Assembly (NCBI GenBank): GCA_038230375.1
Contig: JBBRNJ010000083.1
Coordinates: forward strand, 1-37,886
Reading direction: 5' to 3'
Source of the DNA: Polyangiales bacterium
GTDB taxonomy: Bacteria; Myxococcota_A; Polyangia; Polyangiales; Polyangiaceae
DNA: 37,886 nt
Shown here: one piece after another, positions 1 through 8,169 of the stretch
Layout: every line of letters starts with the position of its first letter
How positions within the stretch are numbered: the stretch's first letter is position 1
Notes under the pieces: generated by a model
The model's database searches: none
Seen by the model: the letters and a program-made list of their open reading frames with translations, nothing else
Told to the model about the DNA's origin: nothing
Made by a program: the position numbers and the translations under genes

Positions 1-421
1 CGATGCGCGGGACGCGGAACTTGTCGGCCTGGCGCCAGACCGTCTCGGTCTGGGGCTCGACTCCGTTGCCGCCGTCGAGAACGGCGACCGCGCCGTCGAG
101 GACGCGCAGCGAGCGCTCGACCTCGATCGTGAAGTCGACGTGGCCGGGGGTGTCGATGATGTTGATCCGGTGGCGTACACCTGCGTGCGGTCCCTCGACG
201 GGAGCCCAGAAGCAGTTCGTGGCGGCCGAGGTGATCGTGATCCCGCGCTCCTGCTCCTGGACCATGTAGTCCATGGTCGCGGCGCCATCGTGGACCTCAC
301 CGATCTTGTAGTTCACGCCCGTGTAATAGAGAACGCGCTCCGTCGTCGTGGTCTTGCCCGCATCAATATGGGCCATGATGCCGATATTGCGGGTTCGTTC
401 GATGGAGTAATCGCGAGGCAC
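1..421 (-). CDS. fusA: Elongation factor G, N-terminal part (runs off window start)
   Basis: Manual translation from GTG at 421: [35 protein letters not shown]...[13 protein letters not shown]...[12 protein letters not shown], i.e. the EF-G G1/G2/G3 motifs. Confidence 0.97.
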   Translation of the reverse strand, partial: MPRDYSIERTRNIGIMAHIDAGKTTTTERVLYYTGVNYKIGEVHDGAATMDYMVQEQERGITITSAATNCFWAPVEGPHAGVRHRINIIDTPGHVDFTIEVERSLRVLDGAVAVLDGGNGVEPQTETVWRQADKFRVPRI

Positions 422-497
422 GGTGAAGGTTCTCGGTGGTGGTTCGTTCGGAAGGTTGTGGAGATGAGGTTGGAGAGGAGGTTCGAGGGCAGGATGC

Positions 498-632
498 AAA
501 AAACCCCCTCTGGACCTCTTCACTGCTTTGTTCGCAGCGAAGGCCGGGATAACCCGGTCATTCGGCCAGAGAGGGTCCAGGGCAGTCGGGCTGGGATCGC
601 GAGGATCGCCGAGCTCCAGAGGTGACCTGGTC
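498..632 (-). promoter_or_regulatory. Structured 5' leader of fusA, candidate attenuator ending in a U6 tract
   Basis: Complementary segments 503-513/566-576, 510-516/574-580 and 507-514/615-622; internal hairpins ctgc..gcag and ccggg-ataa-cccgg; A6 at 498-503 (U-tract on the mRNA). Confidence 0.6.
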
Positions 633-694
633 CTTTATGTCGGGAAAAGCATCGTCGTTTGCGAGAAAATCCTCGGTAAAATGAAGGGAGCTGG

Positions 695-723
695 CTTTTA
701 GCCGCGCCAGGGAGTGGTCTCAA
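695..723 (-). promoter_or_regulatory. Sigma70-type promoter for fusA
   Basis: Minus strand TTGAGA (723-718), 17-nt spacer, TAAAAG (700-695), followed by a GC-rich discriminator. Confidence 0.55.
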
Positions 724-944
724 GGCACCCTCTGTCCCCCTGACCCCGAGCGTGAACCCAACATGCCCGCCCCGTCCGTGCGCTTGGAGCTCCGCTCAGG
801 TCCCGCTCAATCTCATTCGCGCAACAGTGTTCTTTTCTAGGCGTTCGGGGTTGCACGAGGTCACTTCGCCTTCTAGAAGCCCCGTCCGCCTGCACGCTCT
901 GCTGGCTCTGGACGTCGCTCGTCAGGAAACTCGGGGGAATCTAC

Positions 945-1700
945 GTGACTCAATCCACCAACTTCGCGCTCTCGCTCGACACGCTCGGGCCGGAAGAGGC
1001 TCGCGATCTCGCCCAGGAGCTCGAGAGCGCGCTCGAGGGTACCGGGACCCACGCGATGCTGCGGATGACATCTGCCGTCGCCGCGGCCGTTGTGCTGCGC
1101 GAGGTCGTGGTGTTCCATGGGCTCTGCGCATTCGCAGAAGCCCGTGGCCTCACCGATGTCCGCGCGAGTGGCGTCAGAGTCGCGGCCGCCTTCGCCCACC
1201 CCTCGCCCGAGGACACGCGCGATGCGCTCACGCGCCTCATCACGGCGGCGCTCGAACGCGGTCTTCGCATGGTACCGAGCGCGCGCACGGAGCGCGTCGA
1301 CCCCCTGCTGCATGCATGCGCGGACATCGTCGAGCTCGTGAATGCGATCTCGACATGGCGCTTCGGCATGCACCCCGAAGCCGAGCAGACGGCGCAGACG
1401 CCGGTCCCGGTCTCCGCAGAGGTCGAGACCCCGAGCTCCGACGGTCGGCGCCGCCTCACGCGCGACTTCGAGGTGAGCCCGCCGAACGCAGCCCCGTTGC
1501 CCGGCACCACCAGGCATACGGATGCGCCTGGCTCGGGTGACCGTCCGGTCGCGCCGCGCTCCACGATGCGCCCCAGCCCTGCGCGATCGACGCTGCGCCC
1601 CACGTCTCTCTCGCAGTCCGACATCGACAAGGATGCCGTTCTGATCCCGCGCACGCAGGTCCGTGATGCGCAGGGCCGGCCGCTCAAGAAGAAGTGGTGA
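945..1700 (+). CDS. Hypothetical protein (helical N-terminus, Pro/Arg/Thr-rich C-terminus)
   Basis: 251-aa ORF, GC3-rich codons, GGGGGA SD-like sequence before GTG. Confidence 0.75.
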   Translation: MTQSTNFALSLDTLGPEEARDLAQELESALEGTGTHAMLRMTSAVAAAVVLREVVVFHGLCAFAEARGLTDVRASGVRVAAAFAHPSPEDTRDALTRLITAALERGLRMVPSARTERVDPLLHACADIVELVNAISTWRFGMHPEAEQTAQTPVPVSAEVETPSSDGRRRLTRDFEVSPPNAAPLPGTTRHTDAPGSGDRPVAPRSTMRPSPARSTLRPTSLSQSDIDKDAVLIPRTQVRDAQGRPLKKKW

Positions 1701-1753
1701 TGCCGTCGCACCGCGCATTTTCGCGCTAGAAGACGAGCGCTGACGCCTGCGCG

Positions 1754-4360
1754 CTAGAACAGGAGCGCGAGGAGCTGGCTGCGGAGGGGCTCCGCGCACT
1801 TCTCCGCCTTCGCCTTCACCAGGGAGCGACCGTCACTCGGCGCGAGCAGGAGCGTCGCGCGCGCGAAGGCGACGATCGCCGTTGGCCCGGCTTTCCCGCC
1901 GCGAACCATCGAGAGCATCGCGTCGCCCTTGGAGAGCGCGTTGGCGACCAGGCGCGTTGCGGTTGCGCGCGCGGCCGGCCCCGTCACGGTGAGTGCTTCG
2001 GCCGCTGCGATCCGCAGGTCGTCGGACGCGGGCGCGGAGCCTTCAAGGATGCCCTCGACCTTGCGCACGACGAACTCGTCCACACCGTTGAGCGCGCGGA
2101 GGCCCCGCAGCGCGGCGATGCGCGTGAGCTCGTCTTGCGACTGGAGCGACGCAAGCACCACGGGCATGGCGCGCAGACCGAGCACCGGGATGATGCCGAT
2201 CACCGCGTTGCGCGCGATCTCGGGAGGGTCGACGATGCGCCCATATCGCAGGAGGACCACGCCAAGCGCCTCGTCTGGTTGCGCCGGCACCGCACGCAAC
2301 AGGTCGTCGGCGAGCGCCGGATCGCTCAGCTGCGCGTGTTCGTTCGGAAGGAGCTGCTCGAGGGCCCCGCGGATCACGGGCGACGCGTGCACGCCGAGCT
2401 TCTGCATCGCAACGACGAAGCGCTCTCGCGCTTCTGGCTGACGCTGCTTGAGGCGTGCGGAGTAGAGCGCGTGCGCCCCCGACACCTGGGCCCACGAAAG
2501 GACTGCGTATGCGGCCTCCTGTGGCTCGGCGCGGTCCGTCAGGAGCTTCTCGGCAAAAGGTTGTAGCGCGACCGGATCGGCCAGTGTGTGAAGCAGCGCG
2601 AGCGCGCGCCCACCGGCGGACCCCGGCACGACCGCCCCAGGGCCGAGCCGCTTTGCGTCTTCGCCGTAGATCGCGGCCATCACGCGGATGACATGACCGA
2701 GCGCGGTCGCCTCACCCTTCTTCACGAGCGTCTTCACTGCGACCTCGAGCCGCTCCATCTCGGCACCGAACTCCGCGCCGCCGCGCATCATGGCGATCGC
2801 GTTGAGTCGCTCCACCGGCGACGCCATCAGCTCCGACGCGAGCACGTCGGCCTCGTGGTACGCGCCGGCTTCGACCGTGGCCGCGACGGACGTGAAGAAG
2901 TTGTCGTAGCTGGTCTTCGTGTCCTCCAGCCAGTCCGCACGACCACCGCCATCAGCGGCAACCGCGGGAGGAGGCGCAGGAGCAACAGGCGCGGGCGGCG
3001 GCGGCGCGCTTGGCGACTGTTGCACGTTGCGCGGGCTGACCTTGCCAGGGCTCGGCGAGTCATTGGGCGCCCGCGCAACGGTGAGCAGGTCCCTCAACGC
3101 ATTCCGAAACTCGCGCGCGTTCGCAAAGCGCTCAGCCGGGGCCTTCGCGATGGCCTTGAGGATGACCGCCTCCAGCCGTGGGTCCATGTCCTTCAGGTAG
3201 TCAGACGGCGGTGGCGGCGCAGTCATGATGTGCTGGCGCGCGAACTCGACCGACGACGTGCCGGTGAAGGGCAGCTTTCCCGTGCAGAGCTCGTAGAGCA
3301 TGATGCCGCACGCATAGACATCCGCGCGGCCGTCCGTGGGCTGTCCCTGGCATGCCTCGGGCGACATGTACTCGGGCGTCCCAGCGACGCCCTGCTCGTT
3401 CTCGTCGCTCGTCGGTTGGAGCGCGATGCCGAAGTCGCAGACCTTCACGACCTCAACGGGGTGACCGTCGTCGTCGTGACCTGCGACCAGCATGATGTTC
3501 GCGGGCTTGATGTCGCGATGGACGATCCCGCGTGCGTGCGCGTGCCAGAGACCGGCGCACACCTGCACGAGCAGCTCGATCGCACGGGTGGGCTGGAGCT
3601 TGTGCTCGCGATCCAGAAGATCCTGGAGCGACATGCCATCCAGGAACTCCATCGACAGGTACAGAAGGCCGTCGGGCTCCTGACCGAAATCGATCACCCG
3701 GATCAAGTTCGGGTGATCGAGCTTGCTCGCCGCGAGCGCCTCCGCATGGAAGCGCTGACAGAAATCCAGATCTGCCTCCATGCCGTTGCGCAGCACCTTC
3801 ACGGCGACCTCCTTGTGGAGGTCGCGATGCTTGGCCCGGTAGACCGCGCCCACCGCACCCGAGCCGAGCTTCAGCTCGATCTCGAGCTTGCCGCCTGCGA
3901 GCGAGCGGCCGACGAGGTCGAGGGTCTTGCTCTTCGGCCCGCGCGAGCCTGCAAGGTCGGAGCTGTGCTTCTCCGACAGCTTCGGCTGATCCCAGTGCCG
4001 GCCGGCAACCGAAGGCTTCTTCCCGTCCTCGTCGTCGTCGTAGTCCTCCGCCGGGTGCGGCTCGTGCGCGGGTTGCGGCACACTGTCGCGCTTGGTGCCC
4101 TCCGCGTAAGGTCGGAGCTTCAGCGGATAGCCTTCGGGCTCGGGCGGCCCGAGTGGCTGCGCGAAGAACAGCGTGGCCTTGTCCGTCTCGGGGATGTGGA
4201 CCTCGAGGATGTGCTCGCCGCGATCTGCAGGCGCGCTGAGCAACGGGACCAGGACCGAGCCCTGAGATAGTGCGATTCCATTAAGAAAATCGAGCGCGCC
4301 CTGGTTGGCCAGGTCCGCCACGATGATCGGTAGGAGCGCGTTGTCTGTCGTGAGTCCCAA
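1754..4360 (-). CDS. Hanks-type Ser/Thr protein kinase with C-terminal HEAT-like repeats
   Basis: GSGAVG, VAVK, HRDIKPAN, DFG, GTPEYMSPE motifs; C-terminal helical repeats (DELTRIAALRGL, DLRIAAAEAL); start uncertain. Confidence 0.93.
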   Translation of the reverse strand: MGLTTDNALLPIIVADLANQGALDFLNGIALSQGSVLVPLLSAPADRGEHILEVHIPETDKATLFFAQPLGPPEPEGYPLKLRPYAEGTKRDSVPQPAHEPHPAEDYDDDEDGKKPSVAGRHWDQPKLSEKHSSDLAGSRGPKSKTLDLVGRSLAGGKLEIELKLGSGAVGAVYRAKHRDLHKEVAVKVLRNGMEADLDFCQRFHAEALAASKLDHPNLIRVIDFGQEPDGLLYLSMEFLDGMSLQDLLDREHKLQPTRAIELLVQVCAGLWHAHARGIVHRDIKPANIMLVAGHDDDGHPVEVVKVCDFGIALQPTSDENEQGVAGTPEYMSPEACQGQPTDGRADVYACGIMLYELCTGKLPFTGTSSVEFARQHIMTAPPPPSDYLKDMDPRLEAVILKAIAKAPAERFANAREFRNALRDLLTVARAPNDSPSPGKVSPRNVQQSPSAPPPPAPVAPAPPPAVAADGGGRADWLEDTKTSYDNFFTSVAATVEAGAYHEADVLASELMASPVERLNAIAMMRGGAEFGAEMERLEVAVKTLVKKGEATALGHVIRVMAAIYGEDAKRLGPGAVVPGSAGGRALALLHTLADPVALQPFAEKLLTDRAEPQEAAYAVLSWAQVSGAHALYSARLKQRQPEARERFVVAMQKLGVHASPVIRGALEQLLPNEHAQLSDPALADDLLRAVPAQPDEALGVVLLRYGRIVDPPEIARNAVIGIIPVLGLRAMPVVLASLQSQDELTRIAALRGLRALNGVDEFVVRKVEGILEGSAPASDDLRIAAAEALTVTGPAARATATRLVANALSKGDAMLSMVRGGKAGPTAIVAFARATLLLAPSDGRSLVKAKAEKCAEPLRSQLLALLF

Positions 4361-4512
4361 GTGTCCTCGGCGCCTGCACGTTCTCGTACGAACAGTGCAA
4401 CCTACATCTCTCGAAGAGAGTCCTAAGGATAGGCGTCGTCAGGTTCGATGGGTAGGGACAATCGAAACCGGCCGCCCATGGTGGTCGCTGGGGCGCCAGG
4501 GTGCGCGGACGG

Positions 4513-4529
4513 CGCACCAAAATGGTGCA
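4513..4529. promoter_or_regulatory. NtrC-like enhancer-binding-protein site
   Basis: CGCACCAAAATGGTGCA, 16/17 match to TGCACCA-W3-TGGTGCA, in the divergent intergenic region. Confidence 0.5.
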
Positions 4530-4598
4530 CTTCTGGGTTCGAGGTCGCCTGGTTCCGCAGAGCGTGAGGTACCCTCGTCAGGTGGGAGGAGGCTTTGC

Positions 4599-5564
4599 AT
4601 GCGGCATGTGCTGATGGGATCGCTCGTGGTCATGATGGCGGGCGCCGGCTTTGCGGCCGCGTGCGGCGACGCCGGCGGGACCGACAGCCTCGGACCGGGA
4701 ACCGGCTACGGGAATGACGGCGGTGGTACGGACGAAGCCGGCAACCCGGTCACCAGCGACACCGACGGCGGGACCGACAACGGCCTCAACACCAGCGGCA
4801 AGGGCGCGGGCACTGGGGCCGCCACGGGTCTTCCGTGCGACGTGCAGCAGCTGCTCGAGAACCGCTGCATCGGCTGTCACCTGGGCCCCTCACCGAAGCC
4901 ACTCCTCACGTATGCGGATCTGACCGCGGCGTCGGCCACGGCTGGAAAGAACATGGCGCAGCAGTCGCTCGCGCGCATGCAGAACGCCGCGAGCCCGATG
5001 CCGCCTGCTCCTGCCGTCGCGCCGGACCCATCGGAGATCATGACGTTCTCGAACTGGGTGACCGCCGGAACGCCGATGGGAATGTCGTGCACGTCTCTGC
5101 CGGATGGCGGCGTCGAGGGCGGCACTACCGGCACCAACTACAACACGCCGACCATCTGCACGAGCAACAAGACGTGGAATGGCGGCAACAACGGCTCGTC
5201 GTCCATGCAGCCAGGCGCAGCGTGCATCACCTGCCACACGATGAAGGGCGGGCCCGCATACAAGGTGGCGGGCACCGTCTACCCGACGGCGCACGAGCCG
5301 AACGAGTGCAACGGCTCGACCGGCGCGGGTCCCCCAGCCCTCACCGTCATCGTCACGGACGCGAACAACGTGGTCACCAATATCTCGGTGAACTCCGTGG
5401 GCAACTTCAGCTCCCGGGCGGCCATCGTGGCTCCGTTCCACGTGAAGGTCACCGACGGCACGAAGACGCGCATCATGGCGGGCTCGCTCACCGCGGGCGA
5501 CTGCAACAGCTGCCACACCCTGGCCGGCGCAAACGGCGCTCCCGGCCGCGTGATGTCTCCGTAG
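4599..5564 (+). CDS. Putative multiheme cytochrome c lipoprotein (3 CxxCH)
   Basis: GGAGGA SD before ATG 4599; signal peptide ending FAAAC; CIGCH, CITCH, CNSCH; PMPP after first heme motif. Confidence 0.8.
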   Translation: MRHVLMGSLVVMMAGAGFAAACGDAGGTDSLGPGTGYGNDGGGTDEAGNPVTSDTDGGTDNGLNTSGKGAGTGAATGLPCDVQQLLENRCIGCHLGPSPKPLLTYADLTAASATAGKNMAQQSLARMQNAASPMPPAPAVAPDPSEIMTFSNWVTAGTPMGMSCTSLPDGGVEGGTTGTNYNTPTICTSNKTWNGGNNGSSSMQPGAACITCHTMKGGPAYKVAGTVYPTAHEPNECNGSTGAGPPALTVIVTDANNVVTNISVNSVGNFSSRAAIVAPFHVKVTDGTKTRIMAGSLTAGDCNSCHTLAGANGAPGRVMSP

Positions 5565-5566
5565 AC

Positions 5567-5596
5567 AGAAGGCCGGTGTTTTTCATCCGGCCTTCT
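5567..5596 (+). terminator. Hairpin after cytochrome gene (terminator or stabiliser)
   Basis: Perfect 10-bp stem AGAAGGCCGG / CCGGCCTTCT; weak U-tract. Confidence 0.55.
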
Positions 5597-5628
5597 CGTG
5601 TGATGGATGACGAGGATAGACTGGCGGG

Positions 5629-6384
5629 ATGCCGAAGGTCGGATTGCTGGTTGTGCTGCTTGCTGCTTTGCTTTGTGGGTGCGCTGGGAATGTGGTTGGG
5701 ACGACTGCCGAGGGCGCGGCGATCGTTCGCATGCCGCTTCGGCTCTCGAACGCGTATCTCATCAGGAGCACGCCGCCGGTGCTGATCGACACGGGCACGC
5801 TCGGCGACATGGACGATCTTGCGCGCGGTCTGCACGAGAACGGTGTCCGCGTGAACGAGCTCGGGCTCATCATCGTGACGCATGGTCACGCCGATCACGC
5901 CGGGCTTGCGCGCGAGCTTCGTGACGACTCGGGTGCGAAGATCGTGCTCGGCGCGGCAGATCTCCCGCTCTCCACGAAGGGCCACAACGACAACCTGCAG
6001 CCCATGAGCTTCGAAGCGAAGATGCTGAAGCCCCTCATCCCCGACATCTATCCATTGTTCACGCCGGACATCGCGCTCGACAGGGCGCTCTCACTCGAGT
6101 CGTTCGGGATCTCCGGTACCGTGTTGCCGATGCCCGGACACACTCCCGGCTCGCTCATCGTCGTGCTCTCCAATCACACGGCGTTCGTGGGAGACATGAT
6201 GGCGGGCGGCGTCTTCGGTGGAATGTTCATGGCGTCGAAGCCGAACGAGCACCTCTTCCAGGCCGACCGCGAGCGTAACAAACGCAACATCGCCGAGCTC
6301 GTGAGCATGGGCGTCCAGACCTTCTACGTGGGCCACGGCGGACCGCTCGCGCGCGCGGACGTGATCGCTGCATTCGGCCTGTGA
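5629..6384 (+). CDS. Metallo-beta-lactamase-fold hydrolase, lipoprotein
   Basis: LIDTG, THGHADH, PGHT, GD, VGHG motifs; lipobox LLCGC. Confidence 0.9.
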   Translation: MPKVGLLVVLLAALLCGCAGNVVGTTAEGAAIVRMPLRLSNAYLIRSTPPVLIDTGTLGDMDDLARGLHENGVRVNELGLIIVTHGHADHAGLARELRDDSGAKIVLGAADLPLSTKGHNDNLQPMSFEAKMLKPLIPDIYPLFTPDIALDRALSLESFGISGTVLPMPGHTPGSLIVVLSNHTAFVGDMMAGGVFGGMFMASKPNEHLFQADRERNKRNIAELVSMGVQTFYVGHGGPLARADVIAAFGL

Positions 6385-6396
6385 TGGCAGTGGTCG

Positions 6397-8169
6397 CTAC
6401 AGCACGTTGCCGCACTGCGAGTCGGTCAGTCCGGGCACGCGCACGAACGCGAACCCGGCGTGCTCCTTGCCCCTTGGCACGAACGTGAGAGTCTTCTTCT
6501 CCTGACCGCGCTGCACCGTGAGCGTGGCTGGAACGTCCGCGCGACCAGGCCGCACGTTCGACGCGACGATGATGTCCGTGGACAGGAGCCCCGCCTTCGC
6601 GGCGCTGCCACCGGGAACGAGCCCGACCACGACACGGTCGGACGACTCCAGCGTCGCGTCCAGATCGAACCCGAGCGACATCTCGGCGTGGAGCGCGCGG
6701 CGCTGCGAAAAGCACGGACCGAGCGCGTTGTCCGGGAGCGCGACCGGCCCGCCCTTGTCGAACACGGAGGCGAACACACGGCGCTCGTCCTCACCAAGCA
6801 CATGCGCGACGATGTCGATGAACGCAGCCGAACGAAGCAGGCGCGCTCCGGAGGCGCGCATCCCCTCCTGCGCTCCGGAGGCGCGCGCCTCGTCCACCAG
6901 TGAAATCAGGACGTCATCGAGACGCTCGATCTTTGCCTCGTGCGGGTCTGCCGTGGGAGCCCTTGGGCCGGCGCGGGCGGCGCGCGTGCGGAGCAACGCC
7001 GAGATGCGTGCAGCGTAGAGCGCTCCCTGGGCCGTCTGCCGCGCCAGAACGTCGGCGGGGGTGCCGGAATGTGCGGGAAGTGTTGCCTGCGCGGACAGCA
7101 GCGTCGAGACCAGCTCGCGCGCGTCCTCTGGTGCGAGCAAGCCCGCATGCGCCAGCGCGTGCGCAGCATAGAAGAGCGCCACGCCACTCCCGAACCACAC
7201 CGCTGGCTGCCCATTGGCGTCTGCGATGCGCGCTTCGCCACCCACCCATTCGGAGACGAGATGCTTCGTCATCGCGACGCGAAGCGCAGCGGACCACGGC
7301 TCGTCGGGGGTCACGTACGCGACCGCGAAGTTGCCACGACCCAGCACGCTTGCGGCGGCGCGCGATTGTGAGATGAAGAAGACCATGTGGTCCGCGACCT
7401 CGCCCCGGAACGTCTCGCGCAAGAGCGAGCGCATGCCCGCGATCTCCGCGGTGACCGAGCGTGGATCGAACGCCGTGTAGCCGAGCCACGCCGACTCGTC
7501 GTGCTCGATGCCCGTGTCCATGATCGTGGTGCCAAGACTTCCGGCGACGAACATGGACGAGCGGAGCCCATCCACCCAACCCCTCCGCGTACGTGAAGCC
7601 CCCAGCCCGAGACTGGACGCCGAAAGAGGCGCAGGAAGCTGCGAGCCGTCGATGGACACCGTGATGGACATCCGCGCGCTCTCGGACGGAAGAAGGAGCA
7701 GCGACTCTCCGAAGGCACGGAAGCGATCGTCGGAGACGAGCACGGCGCGCGGTGGCGCGAGCAGGTCGGAGGACGCGCGGAGGTCGTAGCTCACGTGCGC
7801 GGCACCGGTCGGCGCGCGCGCGAACGTCAGCTGCGCGCCCTTGCCCATGGCGGAGATCTTCGCGCCCAGGTCACCCGTCGCGTCCGTGGCGGATGCGTTT
7901 TCGATATCTGCCGCCGCGCACTCCGCGCACGTGAGCGCGACACCCGGCAACGTGGAGAACGACAGCTCCACGTGGACAGCTGCCGCCGGCTTCATCCTCG
8001 GGACCAGCGCGACAACGAGCGAAGGCGCAGGCGCATGTGGAGCGAGCGCGGCATCGGCGCCAGCGTCGCGCGCGGGCGGCACCGACCCAGCGGGAGCCGG
8101 AACGGGCCCCGGGGGAGCACCACACGCCACAGCCGCGGCGAGGAGGGTCAAACCGAGAACTGGTTTCAA
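6397..8169 (-). CDS. M61/M1-like aminopeptidase-fold lipoprotein with C-terminal PDZ-like domain; metal motif degenerate
   Basis: TTG start at 8169 overlaps upstream TGA (TTGA); lipobox AAVAC; PDZ-like LGFD...GSAAKAGLLSTDII; KHLVSEW in place of HExxHxW. Confidence 0.6.
   Translation of the reverse strand: MKPVLGLTLLAAAVACGAPPGPVPAPAGSVPPARDAGADAALAPHAPAPSLVVALVPRMKPAAAVHVELSFSTLPGVALTCAECAAADIENASATDATGDLGAKISAMGKGAQLTFARAPTGAAHVSYDLRASSDLLAPPRAVLVSDDRFRAFGESLLLLPSESARMSITVSIDGSQLPAPLSASSLGLGASRTRRGWVDGLRSSMFVAGSLGTTIMDTGIEHDESAWLGYTAFDPRSVTAEIAGMRSLLRETFRGEVADHMVFFISQSRAAASVLGRGNFAVAYVTPDEPWSAALRVAMTKHLVSEWVGGEARIADANGQPAVWFGSGVALFYAAHALAHAGLLAPEDARELVSTLLSAQATLPAHSGTPADVLARQTAQGALYAARISALLRTRAARAGPRAPTADPHEAKIERLDDVLISLVDEARASGAQEGMRASGARLLRSAAFIDIVAHVLGEDERRVFASVFDKGGPVALPDNALGPCFSQRRALHAEMSLGFDLDATLESSDRVVVGLVPGGSAAKAGLLSTDIIVASNVRPGRADVPATLTVQRGQEKKTLTFVPRGKEHAGFAFVRVPGLTDSQCGNVL

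Noticed and set aside
510..580. Multi-hairpin structure as a tRNA
   Set aside because: No T-loop GTTCRA in the right position, no anticodon-arm geometry, no CCA
3..625. Plus-strand ORFs 3..269 and 140..625
   Set aside because: Antisense shadows of fusA, which is on the minus strand
2588..4270. 560-aa plus-strand ORF
   Set aside because: Antisense shadow of the kinase; Arg/His/Val-rich composition typical of high-GC reverse frames
4583..4599. Sigma54 -24/-12 promoter before the cytochrome gene
   Set aside because: GG-N10-GC spacing is present, but the -24 element is poor and it overlaps the SD and start codon
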